A stretch of 64,000 nucleotides of DNA from Candidatus Bathyarchaeota archaeon (GCA_963714275.1 CAVQNT010000006.1:192001-256000), one strand, 5' to 3'; positions 20,589 to 32,581 are shown, numbered from the stretch's first letter. Notes: generated by a model from the letters alone, not told the origin. Translations and numbers: made by a program.

Positions 20589-20669
20589 GTGTCCTCATTT
20601 TATTGTTCTCTTGAGAAGTTAAGAATAAATCGGAATCCATAGACTCTTTAGAGAAAGAGATGTCTTACT

Positions 20670-22949
20670 GTGCGCTTGAAGTTCAAAGTTAGAGGCATTG
20701 TTCAAGGCGTAGGCTTCAGACCGTTCATTTACCGTACCGCAGTTAGGAACCGTTTAAGCGGATATGTTCGGAACAAGGGCGACGCAGGAGTCGAAATACT
20801 AGTTGAAGGGCACCCAAAAAACGTCGAAAACTTCATAGAAGACCTGAAGAACAAAAAGCCTCCTTTAGCACAAATTTACGAAATCATCACGGAGCAAAAG
20901 AACGGAAACAACCAGCACCAAAGCTTCTCGATATTGAAAAGCTCCAATGAAGCTGAGCTTTCAGGCTCCGTTATCCCGCCGGACATTGCGGTTTGTGACC
21001 AATGCCTAGAGGATCTCCGTGACCCGAATGACAAGCGGCACGACTATTTTTTCATTACCTGCACGGATTGTGGTCCAAGATACACGATCATCGAAAGCCT
21101 TCCCTATGACCGCGTAAACACCAAAATGCGCGATTTCACAATTTGTGGCTTCTGCGAAAAGGAATACACGGACCCTTCGAACCGAAGGTTCCACGCCCAA
21201 ACCGTTGCCTGCCCAAAGTGCGGACCCAAAGCCTACTTAATAACAAACACTGGAGAACCAACCGTATACAAAGATCCAATACGTGAAGCAGGAAAACTAG
21301 TTTCAGAAGGATCAATTGTCGCAATCAAAGGATACGGGGGCTTCCATGTTGCTGCTTCAGCAGTCATGAGTGAACCTTTAGTTCAGCTGAGGACGACTAA
21401 ACATCGAAGCCAAAAACCCTTTGCATTAATGGCGCCAAGCCTTGAAGCTATAGAAACGTTCGTTGAAGTAAACGAAACGGAGAAGGAACTGTTAAAGTCT
21501 TACTCGCGTCCGATTGTTCTATTAAGGAAATCCCGATATTATTTTCTTTCTGACTTGGTTGCTCCGGGTCTACATAATGTCGGCGTGATGTTGCCTTACA
21601 CCGGTCTTCACTACATGCTTTTTGACTGGGCGAACGAGTCAGCTTTTGTTATGACCAGTGCTAACCCGCCTAATGAACCCATAATCAAGGACGACAATGA
21701 AGCCCTAAGGCACTCAGCAAGGTTGTGGACTATTTTCTTTTTCACAATAGGCAAATCTCACATCGCTGCGACGATTCTGTTGTTCGAGTTCACGGCGAAA
21801 ATTCCGTCTTTGTTAGACGCTCAAGAGGATATGCGCCTGCACCCATAGTTCTAAAGAACGAAAGCAGACATTGCGTGGTAGGATTAGGTGGCGAACTCAA
21901 CAACACTGCCTGCGTCCTCTTAGGAGACAAGGCGTTCATTTCCCAACACGTGGGCGACGTAGAAAACCTTGAAACCAAGGAATTCATGAAGGAATCGGTT
22001 AAACATCTGGTCCATCTTACAAACAGCAAGGTCGAAACCGTAGCTTGCGATCTGCACCCGAAGTTCACGACAACAATGCTTGCCCGCGAACTCGCTCACG
22101 AAAACGGTTGGCTTATGGTTCAGGTTCAGCACCATCATGCTCACGTGGCAGCGTTAATGGCTGAGCACAATGTCAACGAGATTGTCGGCATCTGCTGCGA
22201 CGGTTACGGCTACGGTTTAGATGGAGAAGCATGGGGTGGTGAAATCCTTTACTGCAATCAGGGAGCTGCCGGGCTTTAAAAGAGTGGCTCATCTTCAAAA
22301 ACAACCTTTAGTCGGCGGAGACTTGGCGACCCGTTATCCTCTGCGGATGGCTGCTGGAATGTTACAGGATGAACCAGATTTGGAGAACTGGCTTTTTACG
22401 AAACAGGATCTTTTTCCTCACGGTGAGAAGGAGGTTGAGGTTATCCTGAAACAATTGAAAAATAGGAAAGACATGATTTTGACTAGCAGTTGTGGAAGAG
22501 TGCTTGACGCTGTTGCAGCTGTTCTGGGGGTGTGTCACGAACGCACCTACGAAGGTGAACCAGCAATGAAACTTGAATCCTTAGCTATTAAAAGTAAAAC
22601 CCCCCTAAGAATCGAGCTAAAAATTGAAGGCAATACGCTAAACACGACAATCATGGTTCAGGAAATATTCAAAAATAGAGAAAAAGTGGCTAAGGAAGAT
22701 TTAGCCCGCGCAGCCTATGAATACCTAGCTGAAGGGTTAGCTGTCTTAGCCGTCGAAAAAGCCCGAGAGAAAGGCTTAAAGCATGTTGGTTTCACAGGCG
22801 GCGTCGCATGCAACGAGGTCATCTCTTCCACGATGCGAAAGACCGTTGAGTCTTCAGGTTTAAAATTCCTAGTTCACGAGGTTGTTCCGCCGGGCGATGG
22901 AGGAACATCGTTCGGTCAGGCTGCGGTTGCGGGTTTTCAAAGCCCTTAG
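20670..22949 (+). CDS. hypF: Carbamoyltransferase HypF (two frameshifts)
   Basis: GIVQGVGFRP, CTDCGPR, RRFHAQ..CPKCGP, HHHAH, PPGDGG. Confidence 0.95.
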
Positions 22950-23000
22950 CCATAACGATTTTATGTTACACGCTGTTTTTTTCATGTGAGTGTATGTTAA

Positions 23001-23225
23001 ATGTGTCTAGCAATCCCAGCGAGGATTTTAAGCGTCAATGACGGAATGGCGCAGGTTGATTTTGGAAATGGCGTCTTACGGGAAGTTAGCGTTATGTTGG
23101 TTGAGGCGAGAAAAGGGGACTATGTTCTTGTTCACGCAGGCTACGCGATTCAGGTTCTTGACGAAAAGGAAGCTGAAGAAACCCTACGGCTATGGGATGA
23201 GATACTGAAAAACGAATCAGATTAA
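23001..23225 (+). CDS. hypC: Hydrogenase assembly chaperone HypC
   Basis: MCLAIP...GDYVLVHAGYAI. Confidence 0.97.
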   Translation: MCLAIPARILSVNDGMAQVDFGNGVLREVSVMLVEARKGDYVLVHAGYAIQVLDEKEAEETLRLWDEILKNESD

Positions 23226-23338
23226 TCAGAAACAATGAAACAATACTGAGCATAATTCGTTTAGGAAAAAAAAGAAAGAATCAACAAAAAGTTCAAAAAT
23301 TTTTACAAAAAAATAATTGATGGTTGGTAAGACAGTGT

Positions 23339-23473
23339 CTACCAATCGTCGTCGTCTTCTTCCCAATCGTCGTCCTCTTTGGATTCTTCTTCTTCCCAGT
23401 CTTCGTTTTCTTCCCAGTCTGAATCTTCGTCGTCTTCGTCTTTCTTCTTTTCTGGTTCTTTCTTCATAGACAT
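23339..23473 (-). CDS. 44-aa acidic peptide with four DW motifs
   Basis: MSMKKEPEKKKDEDDEDSDWEENEDWEEEESKEDDDWEEDDDDW*; GAGGT RBS 7 nt upstream; T-rich tract downstream. Confidence 0.7.
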   Translation of the reverse strand: MSMKKEPEKKKDEDDEDSDWEENEDWEEEESKEDDDWEEDDDDW

Positions 23474-23840
23474 TTTTATTACCTCGCAAATTAATCCCCC
23501 ATATCAGTAATCAGATAAACCTTAGCAGTAGAACACAATGCTACTATTTTCGTCTAAAAAAGGCTTTGAAAGTCAAAAAACCCTTTAATTTAATAAAACC
23601 TAATTTTTTTCCTTTTTTTCTTAAAAATGGCTTTTTTTTCCTATTATAATTAAGAAAAGATTGAAAAAATAAACGAAATTGCCATTCTTTGATGATGGCT
23701 TAAAGGTGCAAAAGAACGAGCAATTCAGTAAAATTATCTCAGAACTTGAGATACTTGGCTAATCAAGAGACTTAACTTCTAGTAATTTTAGGAGAAAATA
23801 ACTGAAGGCAATAAATACCGCTGAAAACCAAAATAGTATT

Positions 23841-24926
23841 ATGACAAGCGCGAAATTCAGAGACCCAACCACAGCTAAACGCGTAACAGAAAAAATCCGT
23901 GAACTTACGCCAAAAAATGGGGACATCAAAATTTGTCACGTGTGCGGAACCCACGAATGGGCAATCACCCATCATGGTCTTCGAAACCTTCTTCCCCCGA
24001 ACATAGAAGTCATCGCGGGTCCAGGCTGCCCTGTCTGCATCGTCCCAGCTTCAGAGATTGACGAAGCCGTTGAGCTGGCTTTGAAAGGCGTGGTCATAAC
24101 CTGCTTCGGAGACATCCTGCGTGTTCCTGGTTCGCGAATGTCGCTTTTGGACGCTAAGGCTGAAGGAGCAGCTGTCAGAGTCGTCTACAGCATCAGAGAC
24201 GCGGTTAACATGGCTAAAAAAGAAGATGACATAGAATTCGCTTTTTTTGCCGTAGGTTTCGAGACTACTGCGCCCTCAACAGCCACAGAGGTGCTAGGCA
24301 AGCCCCCAAAGAATCTTAGTTTTCTGGTGTCTCACCGTTTGATTCCGCCCGCAATGAAACTCTTGGTCGAGATGAAGGACTTGAACCTTAACGGATTCAT
24401 CGCGCCTGGACATGTCAGCACCGTGATCGGGCTTAAACCCTACGAGGTTTTTCCTAAAGAATATGGTGTGCCGACGGTCGTGGCTGGGTTTGAACCGTTG
24501 GACATCCTTTTCGGAATATACATGATTCTGAAGCAGCTTTTCGAAGGCCAGCCACGACTGGAAAATGAGTATTCACGTGTTGTTAAACCGGAAGGCAACC
24601 CTAAAGCTCAAATTGTCATACAGAAGGCTTTTCAAATCAGCAATGGCAACTGGCGTGGCCTAGGCTCAATCCCTCAGTCAAAGCTTACTTTTCGAAAGGA
24701 ATTTTCCGACTTCGATACTCACCTCAAATACGGAGTAAAGGTTGAACACAGCGTGGATTTGCAGCCAGGTTGTAGGTGCCACCTAGTGATAGTTGGCAAG
24801 ATTAAACCCACTGAATGCCCATTGTTCATGAAAGCATGTAATCCAAAGAAGCCCGTCGGCGCATGTATGGTCAGCAGCGAAGGAACCTGTAGAATTTGGG
24901 CAAGGTCACCGAGACCACAAAATTAA
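23841..24926 (+). CDS. hypD: Hydrogenase maturation protein HypD
   Basis: CGTHE, GPGCPVC, GFETT, PGHVS, CMVSSEGTC. Confidence 0.97.
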   Translation: MTSAKFRDPTTAKRVTEKIRELTPKNGDIKICHVCGTHEWAITHHGLRNLLPPNIEVIAGPGCPVCIVPASEIDEAVELALKGVVITCFGDILRVPGSRMSLLDAKAEGAAVRVVYSIRDAVNMAKKEDDIEFAFFAVGFETTAPSTATEVLGKPPKNLSFLVSHRLIPPAMKLLVEMKDLNLNGFIAPGHVSTVIGLKPYEVFPKEYGVPTVVAGFEPLDILFGIYMILKQLFEGQPRLENEYSRVVKPEGNPKAQIVIQKAFQISNGNWRGLGSIPQSKLTFRKEFSDFDTHLKYGVKVEHSVDLQPGCRCHLVIVGKIKPTECPLFMKACNPKKPVGACMVSSEGTCRIWARSPRPQN

Positions 24927-25105
24927 GGGGATCATGAGATTTTGCTTTCAGTCCAATCATATCCATGGTGTGATAACAAACTTGGAAAGAATTACTGGCT
25001 TTCTCGAAGAAATCTTACTGTTCGAAACATAGGGCTTCAAAGATTAAAGTTATAGGATAAATCCGCAATCATGTCATATAAAAACTATTTAAACAGCAAG
25101 AAAAC

Positions 25106-26355
25106 ATGAAAGAGGTCATTAGCATGTTAAAAGTGGGATTAATTGGCTGCGGACACATTATGCCCTCTCATCTTTATGGGTATAAAGCCTTAATGGAAAA
25201 AGGTATAGACATCAGAATCAAAGCGTTATGTGCAAGAAAAATTGACGATGCGAAACGGTTCAGAAGCCCAGCAGAAGGCATTCCTCCGGTTAAGCCTGTT
25301 GGACCACGCGGCGACCCGATGAACAAACCCACGATTTACGTTTCTGATTTTCAGAAAGACGCTGAAGTAGAGGTTTACTCCGACTATAAGGAGATGCTCA
25401 GGAAATCCGAGGTTGACGCCATCGAAATCTATTCATCCGTTTTTTCCCACCACGAAATAGCTTTAGCATGCATCGAGGCTGGAAAACACGTTTTGGTCGA
25501 GAAACCATTCGCTTTAACAGTCAAGGCTGCACGCAGAATGGTTAAGGCTGCAGAAAGGCAAGGTGTGGTTCTAGGAGTCGCGGAAAACATGAGGTACTTT
25601 GTGGATGTCAGAGAGACGAAGTGGGCAATCGACCAAGGCTACATCGGCGACGTGCAGGTTACGATCGGTGGATCTATAGGAGGATTCTGGTCTCCAGACA
25701 AGATTGTCGCGGAAACCTCATGGAGGCACAAGAAACTGTTCGCAGGCGGGGGCGCAACGATCGATGTCGGCGTTCACTTGCTGCATTTTCTGCGTTACAT
25801 CTGCAGCGAAATCGACGAAATTTCAAGCTTAGTCGAAACACTCGAAAAGAACAGGTATACTAAAGATAAAACAGACAAAATTGTCGAAAAGACCGAAAGC
25901 AACGTTGACGATTCCTTCTTCAGCCTAATCAAATACAAGAACGGAGCCGTGGGACAGCACTTCGTCTCGTGGGGAGGACACGGAGAAGCTTTTCGACGCC
26001 TCGAATCATTTATGGAACCAAGGGATGCATAAAAGGCAACACATTGATAAATGATGATGGAACAAAGGCTGATGTATCTGAACTTTTCCAGAAAAACGCC
26101 AAGAAAGAGGTTAAAGAAAAATTCTTCCCGTACGGCATAAAAGACGCGATGGCTCTCGAGACCCTTGATTTTGTTAGAGCCATCAAGGAAGATCGGGAAA
26201 TGGAGACAAGCGGACGCGAGGGACTGCGAGACTTGGCTGCGTCGTACGCTTTGATTGAGTCTTCGTTGTCTGGGAAATCCGTGAAGGTCGACGACATTGA
26301 ATCGGGCAAATTATGCCATTACGAAGACGAAATCAATAAATATTACGAAATATAA
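25106..26355 (+). CDS. Gfo/Idh/MocA family oxidoreductase (frameshifted)
   Basis: GLIGCG, GKHVLVEKP, DVGVH. Confidence 0.88.
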
Positions 26356-26757
26356 CAAAAAATAATTTCTGTGCCACTTCTACCTTATCTCAGCTAATCT
26401 CAAAAAGTCTGAAGATTTCTTATGTCGTTATAAAAATGTGGGTCTTGATACAACTCTTGGTATTGAGATTCCTCTAATTCTCTTACTCTCGATTCTGACA
26501 TAAAATAATGACAAGCGGCAATAAAATTCCGGACAAGCCAGTTTTGGAAACGATTGCCTCAATCCGGACTTAATCCATATGTATCTGCCATATGCTGGGT
26601 TATTTGCCCTTTAAGTCTTACATATCCAGACATGATGTGCTGCACCAAATAGAAATGCTAATTCGAAATACATTAAGGGCCACCTTTAATTAGAATGATG
26701 TTTTTAATACCCATAACCCCATTATACTATATTCATAATTTGTTCACAAGAATTTTC

Positions 26758-27316
26758 CTAGTCTTGTAGAGACTTCTTGGTTAAATCTGTTGATGTAGTC
26801 CGCAACATATTCTACCATGTCGAGCTGTGGGTTTTTAATCAGGGGCGTGAGTTCCATTGCATAGATCATTGCTGTTGTGATGTCTATGCTATGGCTCATA
26901 ATATGTGGCGTTGGCTCTCCTCCTCCCTATAGTGGCAAGATCGTACCTTTTTCCCACCGGATATCTGAGGGTCGAAGACACCAGTCAGAGCCACAGCAAG
27001 ATTCTCGTGGGCACCAACGTCGAACACAACCTTGTCCGAATCAACTATCCAATCGAGATCTCTCCAAACCTCGCAACCGTAAATTTTCTGCGGATGCATA
27101 GTGAGCTAGCCTTGGGCTGCCAGCCCCATCAGTAATAATCACTCCGAGAAACCGTTTTTCTTTTTTCATGTAACATTCTAAAATTCCGTGATATGCCATT
27201 ATTTCAAGATCGTCAGGGTGTGCGCCGATACCCATGTGCGTCGTTCTCGTCAAGGCTTCCTCAATGGATTTGCCATCTGGAACATAAAACTCCGCTGTGT
27301 CCTTGCCAAATCTCAT
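26758..27316 (-). pseudogene. PIG-L/LmbE family deacetylase, fragmented with an internal deletion
   Basis: GAHPDDLE and TDGAGSPR jump almost directly to GCEVWRDLDW; additional frameshifts. Confidence 0.7.
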
Positions 27317-27318
27317 AC

Positions 27319-28736
27319 TTACATCTCCTTACCTTGCTTTATAGATGGAAGGCTCGCAGACTGCAATAGGCTTGACCGACTCGTCTACTGGACTCATCAG
27401 GAAGATGGATTCTTATACGAGCCGCCAAGTCGGGAAACTCAACCTTCAAGACTTCTTCTGCCTTCCTAAAGATTATATTGCCTCCTTCCCCCGAGGTGAC
27501 ACGCCCCATAAGTAGAACATGTTTGATGTCATAGAAGTCTGCATAATACGCGATGCCGTATCCTATATAGCATCCAATCGTCTCAAAAATTTTTTTTGCG
27601 TCCTCATGCCCTTCTGACAATATCGTCTGGACATACTTCAGCTTCTCTGCTGAAGTCTGCTTTTCTTCAAGAGCTATCCCCGCCTTCGGCGCAAGTCTGA
27701 CAACCGCCTCTTGAGAGTAATACTGTGCGCCACATCCGCTGTCACCTGACCACTCGTCAACGGGGGCATTCGGGTTAAAATCAACTGGCACAAAAGCAAG
27801 TTCGTTAAGCCATCCGGTTATATTGCCCTGTCTGTCTATATATCCTCCAGCTTCGCTTGAACCTAAGGCGATGCCGAGGACTCTCGTGTCATTAAGACTC
27901 ATGGCTCCGGGAAGTGCTGCAACATCACCATCGTGGATGACTTCCAACGGTATGCCTCCCCACTCCTCCTTTATTTCTAGGAATAGGTTCGCCACCTTCT
28001 TCTCAAACATTTCTTTAGGAATTCCTCTGAAAAGCGAAGCGACCCTAACATGGTTGTTTATGTAGATCCCTGCTGCACTTACACCAATTGCGTCAACCTT
28101 TGGCATACGTGAGGCTGTGGTACGCAATTCACTCATGATTTCATTAAAGTGATAATTTGAGTCACTCTGAGCCTTCGGGTTCCATACCACTTCTTCGCTT
28201 AAGACCACTTCGCCATTGATGACCGCCACAACTTTTCTGTCACTTGCCCCTGCGTCAAACCCGATGCGGCACCCGTCTAAGTGCCTACTTAAATGAACTG
28301 TTTCTTCCTTTGGTTGTGGAAGATCGTAAAAGTCTACTTTTTCAACTGTAAAGGGCTTCTCGTAAACACCACCCATGAACTCAGCGTCGAAGGCACGCTT
28401 GCCTCTTGGCGAATACTCATTCTCAATGTGGTAACCGACTTTTCTAGATCCACCAATTGTTACCTTCCAACCGCCCCACATCCACAGAAGAGTCTTGACA
28501 AGACGCTCAACATAATATTGATTAGTCTTGACCATTTTGAACTGTTCAGAAAAAACGGATGTACGGAAGACCGAGGTCATGCCGTTGTTCCGCTCAATGG
28601 CGATTCCCAAAGGCTCTTTTTTTCCAGACCTGCAGACTACTTCAAGAAATGTATAGTTATAAAGCACAGATGGTCGGAAATCCCGATCAAGAGGCGGCTC
28701 TACTTTAGGCTTAATTAGTTTAGCCTCTGAACACAT
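27319..28736 (-). CDS. ROK family sugar kinase-like protein
   Basis: IGFDAGASDRK, GVSAAG, HDGDVAAL, ALGSSEAGG, GWLNELAF. Confidence 0.85.
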
Positions 28737-28989
28737 GCTCTTTAATTCCCTTTTCAGATGCAACATCGTAACAGAAAACATCTTACTATATGGAAATATT
28801 TTTGATTTTCTATTTATAGCATCTTGCTTTACTGGTTCAAAACTTTAAGAGGTCAGATGAGCACATTTTTACCATATCCTTTATCTTTGTATTCCTGCAT
28901 GAAGTCTCTAGAAGCTTTGGGTTCACTGAGTCAAACAAGAGCGCATTATAATTCATTCTATATTCCTTGAATCATTTCACATATCTATC

Positions 28990-29420
28990 TATCTAAAATT
29001 TCCTTTTTTTGCTCTTATTTCCATTGATGTTTTGAGAATAGACTCTAAAAAATTTATGTAGGTATCTTTTTTTTATTAATTCTAATAATGATTTCATTGA
29101 TATCTTCAAAGAAAATGCAACGACAACCTTCTTTTTCAGCTCTGTCTTTAAGCAATCCATAGTTTATTTTTTTGAATAATAGTCTTTTCGTGTTCCATAA
29201 TCTTTAGGGATGTTCGAACAACGGTTAAAAGCCTTAGTAATCGCTGTTATATATTCAATTTCAAAAGCCCAAGTAATTTTCCTATCTTTAATCTCTATTA
29301 AATCAATTTGCTGGATAGAGCCTAGTTCATCTGGCAAAACTTCAAAAAAAATTACTTCACAAAATCACAATATTCTGCCAATGACTTCCTTCATATAATT
29401 CCTTTTGCACTTCTTCTACC
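28990..29420 (-). pseudogene. Degraded restriction-endonuclease-like fragment
   Basis: Minus strand reads ...IQQIDLIEIKDRKITWAFEIEYITAITKAFNRCSNIP..., a PD-(D/E)xK-like pattern interrupted by stops, in AT-rich DNA. Confidence 0.4.
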
Positions 29421-29553
29421 ATTAAAGACCTTTATCGAACTGTACCATATATATCCATCAAAGTCGATGATGTTGAAACTGGAAAGGTAAGCAATTATGA
29501 AGAGGAAATCAACAAACAATATGGATTATATCGTAAAACATGGTGTAAGGTAA

Positions 29554-30600
29554 ATGAAGTTCTCGGATTTTGCGGATTTACCCGTAATCGACGGTCACGC
29601 GCATTTCGGTGGTTTCGACGCAGGGAACGTTCAATGGGCCTTTAAAGAATTACACAGGCAAAGCGAGCTCTATGCAGATGTTTTGGAGAAGGGAAAACTC
29701 AGCGGGATGTACGTAACAGGGCGAGATGCAAGCTTATACTTTAAATTGAGATTTCCACGTCGGTTCTACACTGGCGGATTTGTGCCATGGTCAGGTGAGA
29801 CCGATTCCTTACCTAATGTGGATTGGAACAAGTACATTATGATGCTTAGTGAGTTAGGGTTTGACGGAGTCGGCGAGATGGGAAACAAGCCTGTTCTTAG
29901 GAATAAGCACACGCCATTAAACAGCGATTATTACAGGGGCTTCTGGGACGAATGTGAATCACTCGGGTTTCCAGTTCTTTGTCATGTCGCTGATCCTGAG
30001 GAGTTCTGGGACGAGAAGTCAGCTCCAGATTGGGCGAAGAAGCAAAAATGGGTCTACTACCTCGACGACTATCCAACGAAAGAAGAGTTATACAACGAGA
30101 TGGAGGATGTCCTCAACGCTCACCCGAACCTTAAGATTGTTCTGTGCCACTTCTACTTTATTTCAGCTAACCTCGAAAAAGCCGAGGAGTTTCTGAACCA
30201 TTACAGAAATGTTGGTCTCGATTTGACACTCGGCATCGAGCTCATGTACAACATTTCCCAAAGCAGAGACGACTGGAGAACCTTTTTCATCAAGCATCAG
30301 GACCGAATCTTCTTCGGCACCGACATCGCCACCTGGCAAACAATTCAGGAAACGCTTGACAGGATATGGCTGATCAGAAACTTTCTAGAGTCGGACGAAG
30401 AGTTCTATACGCCTTCAACTGCTGACAAGCTTCTAACAAGATACGAAAAGCCTTTCATCGGGCTGAAGCTGCCGAAAGAAGCCGTAAGAAAAATTTACGC
30501 AGACAACTTCCAGAGATTGTGGGGAAAGAAGCCCAGAAAAGTCAACAGGGAATTAGCGTTGAAAATCCTGAAAGAGAAAGGCGAAAAAAGCTGTTGCTGA
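29554..30600 (+). CDS. Amidohydrolase family protein
   Basis: DGHAH, LCHVADP, LCHF, FFGTD. Confidence 0.85.
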   Translation: MKFSDFADLPVIDGHAHFGGFDAGNVQWAFKELHRQSELYADVLEKGKLSGMYVTGRDASLYFKLRFPRRFYTGGFVPWSGETDSLPNVDWNKYIMMLSELGFDGVGEMGNKPVLRNKHTPLNSDYYRGFWDECESLGFPVLCHVADPEEFWDEKSAPDWAKKQKWVYYLDDYPTKEELYNEMEDVLNAHPNLKIVLCHFYFISANLEKAEEFLNHYRNVGLDLTLGIELMYNISQSRDDWRTFFIKHQDRIFFGTDIATWQTIQETLDRIWLIRNFLESDEEFYTPSTADKLLTRYEKPFIGLKLPKEAVRKIYADNFQRLWGKKPRKVNRELALKILKEKGEKSCC

Positions 30601-30628
30601 TGCTATAAAGGAAATCGCTTAAGTTTTT

Positions 30629-30895
30629 TTATATTTTATGTTTGCCTTTTAAGTTCAGAATCAAATCTATCGCCATTCCGATAAGCGTCCCGATGGCAGT
30701 GAAGACAAGAATAAAGTATATCTCGAGAGCGAAATTATACTGTGCTAGTGCCCAGTAACCGAATATGTCGAGAAAAAGGGCAATGTACCATGGCATGTCC
30801 CTAATGTAGGGTGTAACCCACACAGATGCGTACAAGACAACGCCAATGATTAAGCCAACACATGTGCCAATTATGGTGCCTTTCAAGTCTACCAA
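30629..30895 (-). CDS. Small membrane protein
   Basis: 88-aa hydrophobic ORF. Confidence 0.6.
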   Translation of the reverse strand: MVDLKGTIIGTCVGLIIGVVLYASVWVTPYIRDMPWYIALFLDIFGYWALAQYNFALEIYFILVFTAIGTLIGMAIDLILNLKGKHKI

Positions 30896-31053
30896 AAGAC
30901 TTCAAGGAAAATCCCCAATAACACCTTACTATTAAACAATCAAATAAGCATTTACCATGTTTCACCATTAAAGTATAAGATAAAGGAATGAACAGAGAAA
31001 CCGAAGAATTTTTGGAAATAAAGTTATGAACCTTTTTCTACTGAAAAATGTCC

Positions 31054-31698
31054 TTACTTGAACTCGTATTTTTCACCTTGATTAAGCAGAGTCACCTTTA
31101 TTTTTGATGATTGTTCAACAAGCTTTTTGAACTGTTTTGGGTCAGAGTCCAAAGTGTGCATCGGAATAGCGACTTGAGGCTTAATTGCTAAGGTTGCCTC
31201 CGCAACTTCAGGGTTGTCCATTGTGTAGGTTCCGCCAGTCGGCAGAATGGCGAGAAATACATTTTTTAGTTCATTGATCTCTTGAACGAAATCAGTGTCT
31301 CCAGCGTAGTAAACGGTTTTTCCACTTGCAGTAATCAAGTATCCAAGCCCTGAGCCATTTGGGTGAAAGGGGGCGCCAGGCGACCTGAACCGTTTGATAT
31401 TATATGCTTGAACCGCCTCGATGATAAAATCATTCATTGTTACTTTTTCACCAGCTTTCAAGACCTTAACTTTCCCTTTAATTCTGGATAAGCAGGTCGA
31501 TGGTGCGATGATGATGGTTTCTTCCTTTCGGATTTTTTCGATTTTTGAAATATCACAGTGGTCGAAATGTTCGTGGGAAACGAGTATCATGTCCGCCTTG
31601 TCGACATATGTGCCTTCGTAATGGTCAACGTAAATATTAAAACCGTTCACTTTGATTTGAAAACTGGCATGTCCCAACCATTTTATTGTAAAGCCCAT
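31054..31698 (-). CDS. MBL-fold metallo-hydrolase
   Basis: WLGHAS, SHEHFDH, YAGDTD, IPMH. Confidence 0.9.
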   Translation of the reverse strand: MGFTIKWLGHASFQIKVNGFNIYVDHYEGTYVDKADMILVSHEHFDHCDISKIEKIRKEETIIIAPSTCLSRIKGKVKVLKAGEKVTMNDFIIEAVQAYNIKRFRSPGAPFHPNGSGLGYLITASGKTVYYAGDTDFVQEINELKNVFLAILPTGGTYTMDNPEVAEATLAIKPQVAIPMHTLDSDPKQFKKLVEQSSKIKVTLLNQGEKYEFK

Positions 31699-31720
31699 GT
31701 TTTACACCATTTTGGTTTTT

Positions 31721-32581
31721 TTACCTCATTATTTGCCCGCCAGCGACGAGTACAGCTTGACCTGTCTCATATTTCTGGTCAATCACGTAGTAAACAGCTC
31801 GCAAAATGTCTTCGACAGTGCAACCTCTGCCCATGGGAACCTTTGACTCATAGTACCTTCTGACGTCATCAACTGTCTTAGCTTCAGGAACCTTCCCCGC
31901 TTTCAGATATTGAACGAAAAGTCCGTCTTTCGGGTCAGACCACAATGGAACGTCGAAAACGTTGCCTGGACACACAGCGTTGACCTTAATGCCATCCTCC
32001 CAAAGCTCAAGAGCAAAGCTCTGAGTCAATCCTATACCTCCAAACTTGCTTCCTGCATAGGCTGAGTTTCTTTCGCTTCCCTGAAGGCCTGACTTCGAAT
32101 TTATCTGAATAATGTCCATTATTCGCGACGGGTCCCGTTCGTGTTGTTCAGCCATGACTCGTGCTACATGCTTTACGCTAAGAAAGTATCCTGTGTAGTT
32201 CACGCGTGTTACGTATTCAAAGTCTTTAAGGCTGAATTCTTTCACACTACCTGACTTCACTATGCCTGCACTGTAAATGAGTATGTCGACTCCACCAAAA
32301 ACCTCAACTGTTTTCTCAACCATTCTTTGTACAGCTTCTTCATCCGTCGTATTCGCTTGCACCGTAATTACCCTTTCAGATCTGTATTTCCTGTTGAGTT
32401 CATTTGCGATTTTTTCAGCCCTTTCTATTGACATGTTATAAACGATGACTACACGAGCTCCTCTTTTGGCAAAGTCTCTTACTATACCTTCACCAATGCC
32501 ACTCGAGCCCCCAACTATTATAGCGACCTTTCCCGCAACTGGCTGTTCTTCCTCACTTTTTCTTTTCACTTTGACACCCAA
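31721..32581 (-). CDS. srlD: Sorbitol-6-phosphate dehydrogenase-like SDR
   Basis: GGSSGIG, IQINSKSG, NSAYAGSKFGGIGLTQSFALEL, CPGN. Confidence 0.85.
   Translation of the reverse strand: MGVKVKRKSEEEQPVAGKVAIIVGGSSGIGEGIVRDFAKRGARVVIVYNMSIERAEKIANELNRKYRSERVITVQANTTDEEAVQRMVEKTVEVFGGVDILIYSAGIVKSGSVKEFSLKDFEYVTRVNYTGYFLSVKHVARVMAEQHERDPSRIMDIIQINSKSGLQGSERNSAYAGSKFGGIGLTQSFALELWEDGIKVNAVCPGNVFDVPLWSDPKDGLFVQYLKAGKVPEAKTVDDVRRYYESKVPMGRGCTVEDILRAVYYVIDQKYETGQAVLVAGGQIMR

Noticed and set aside
23226-23489. Arg-rich protamine-like 87-aa ORF in the track
   Set aside because: It is an alternative frame of the acidic peptide gene. The RBS and ATG favour the acidic frame, and its tail runs through a T-rich terminator-like tract. 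Not formally excluded.
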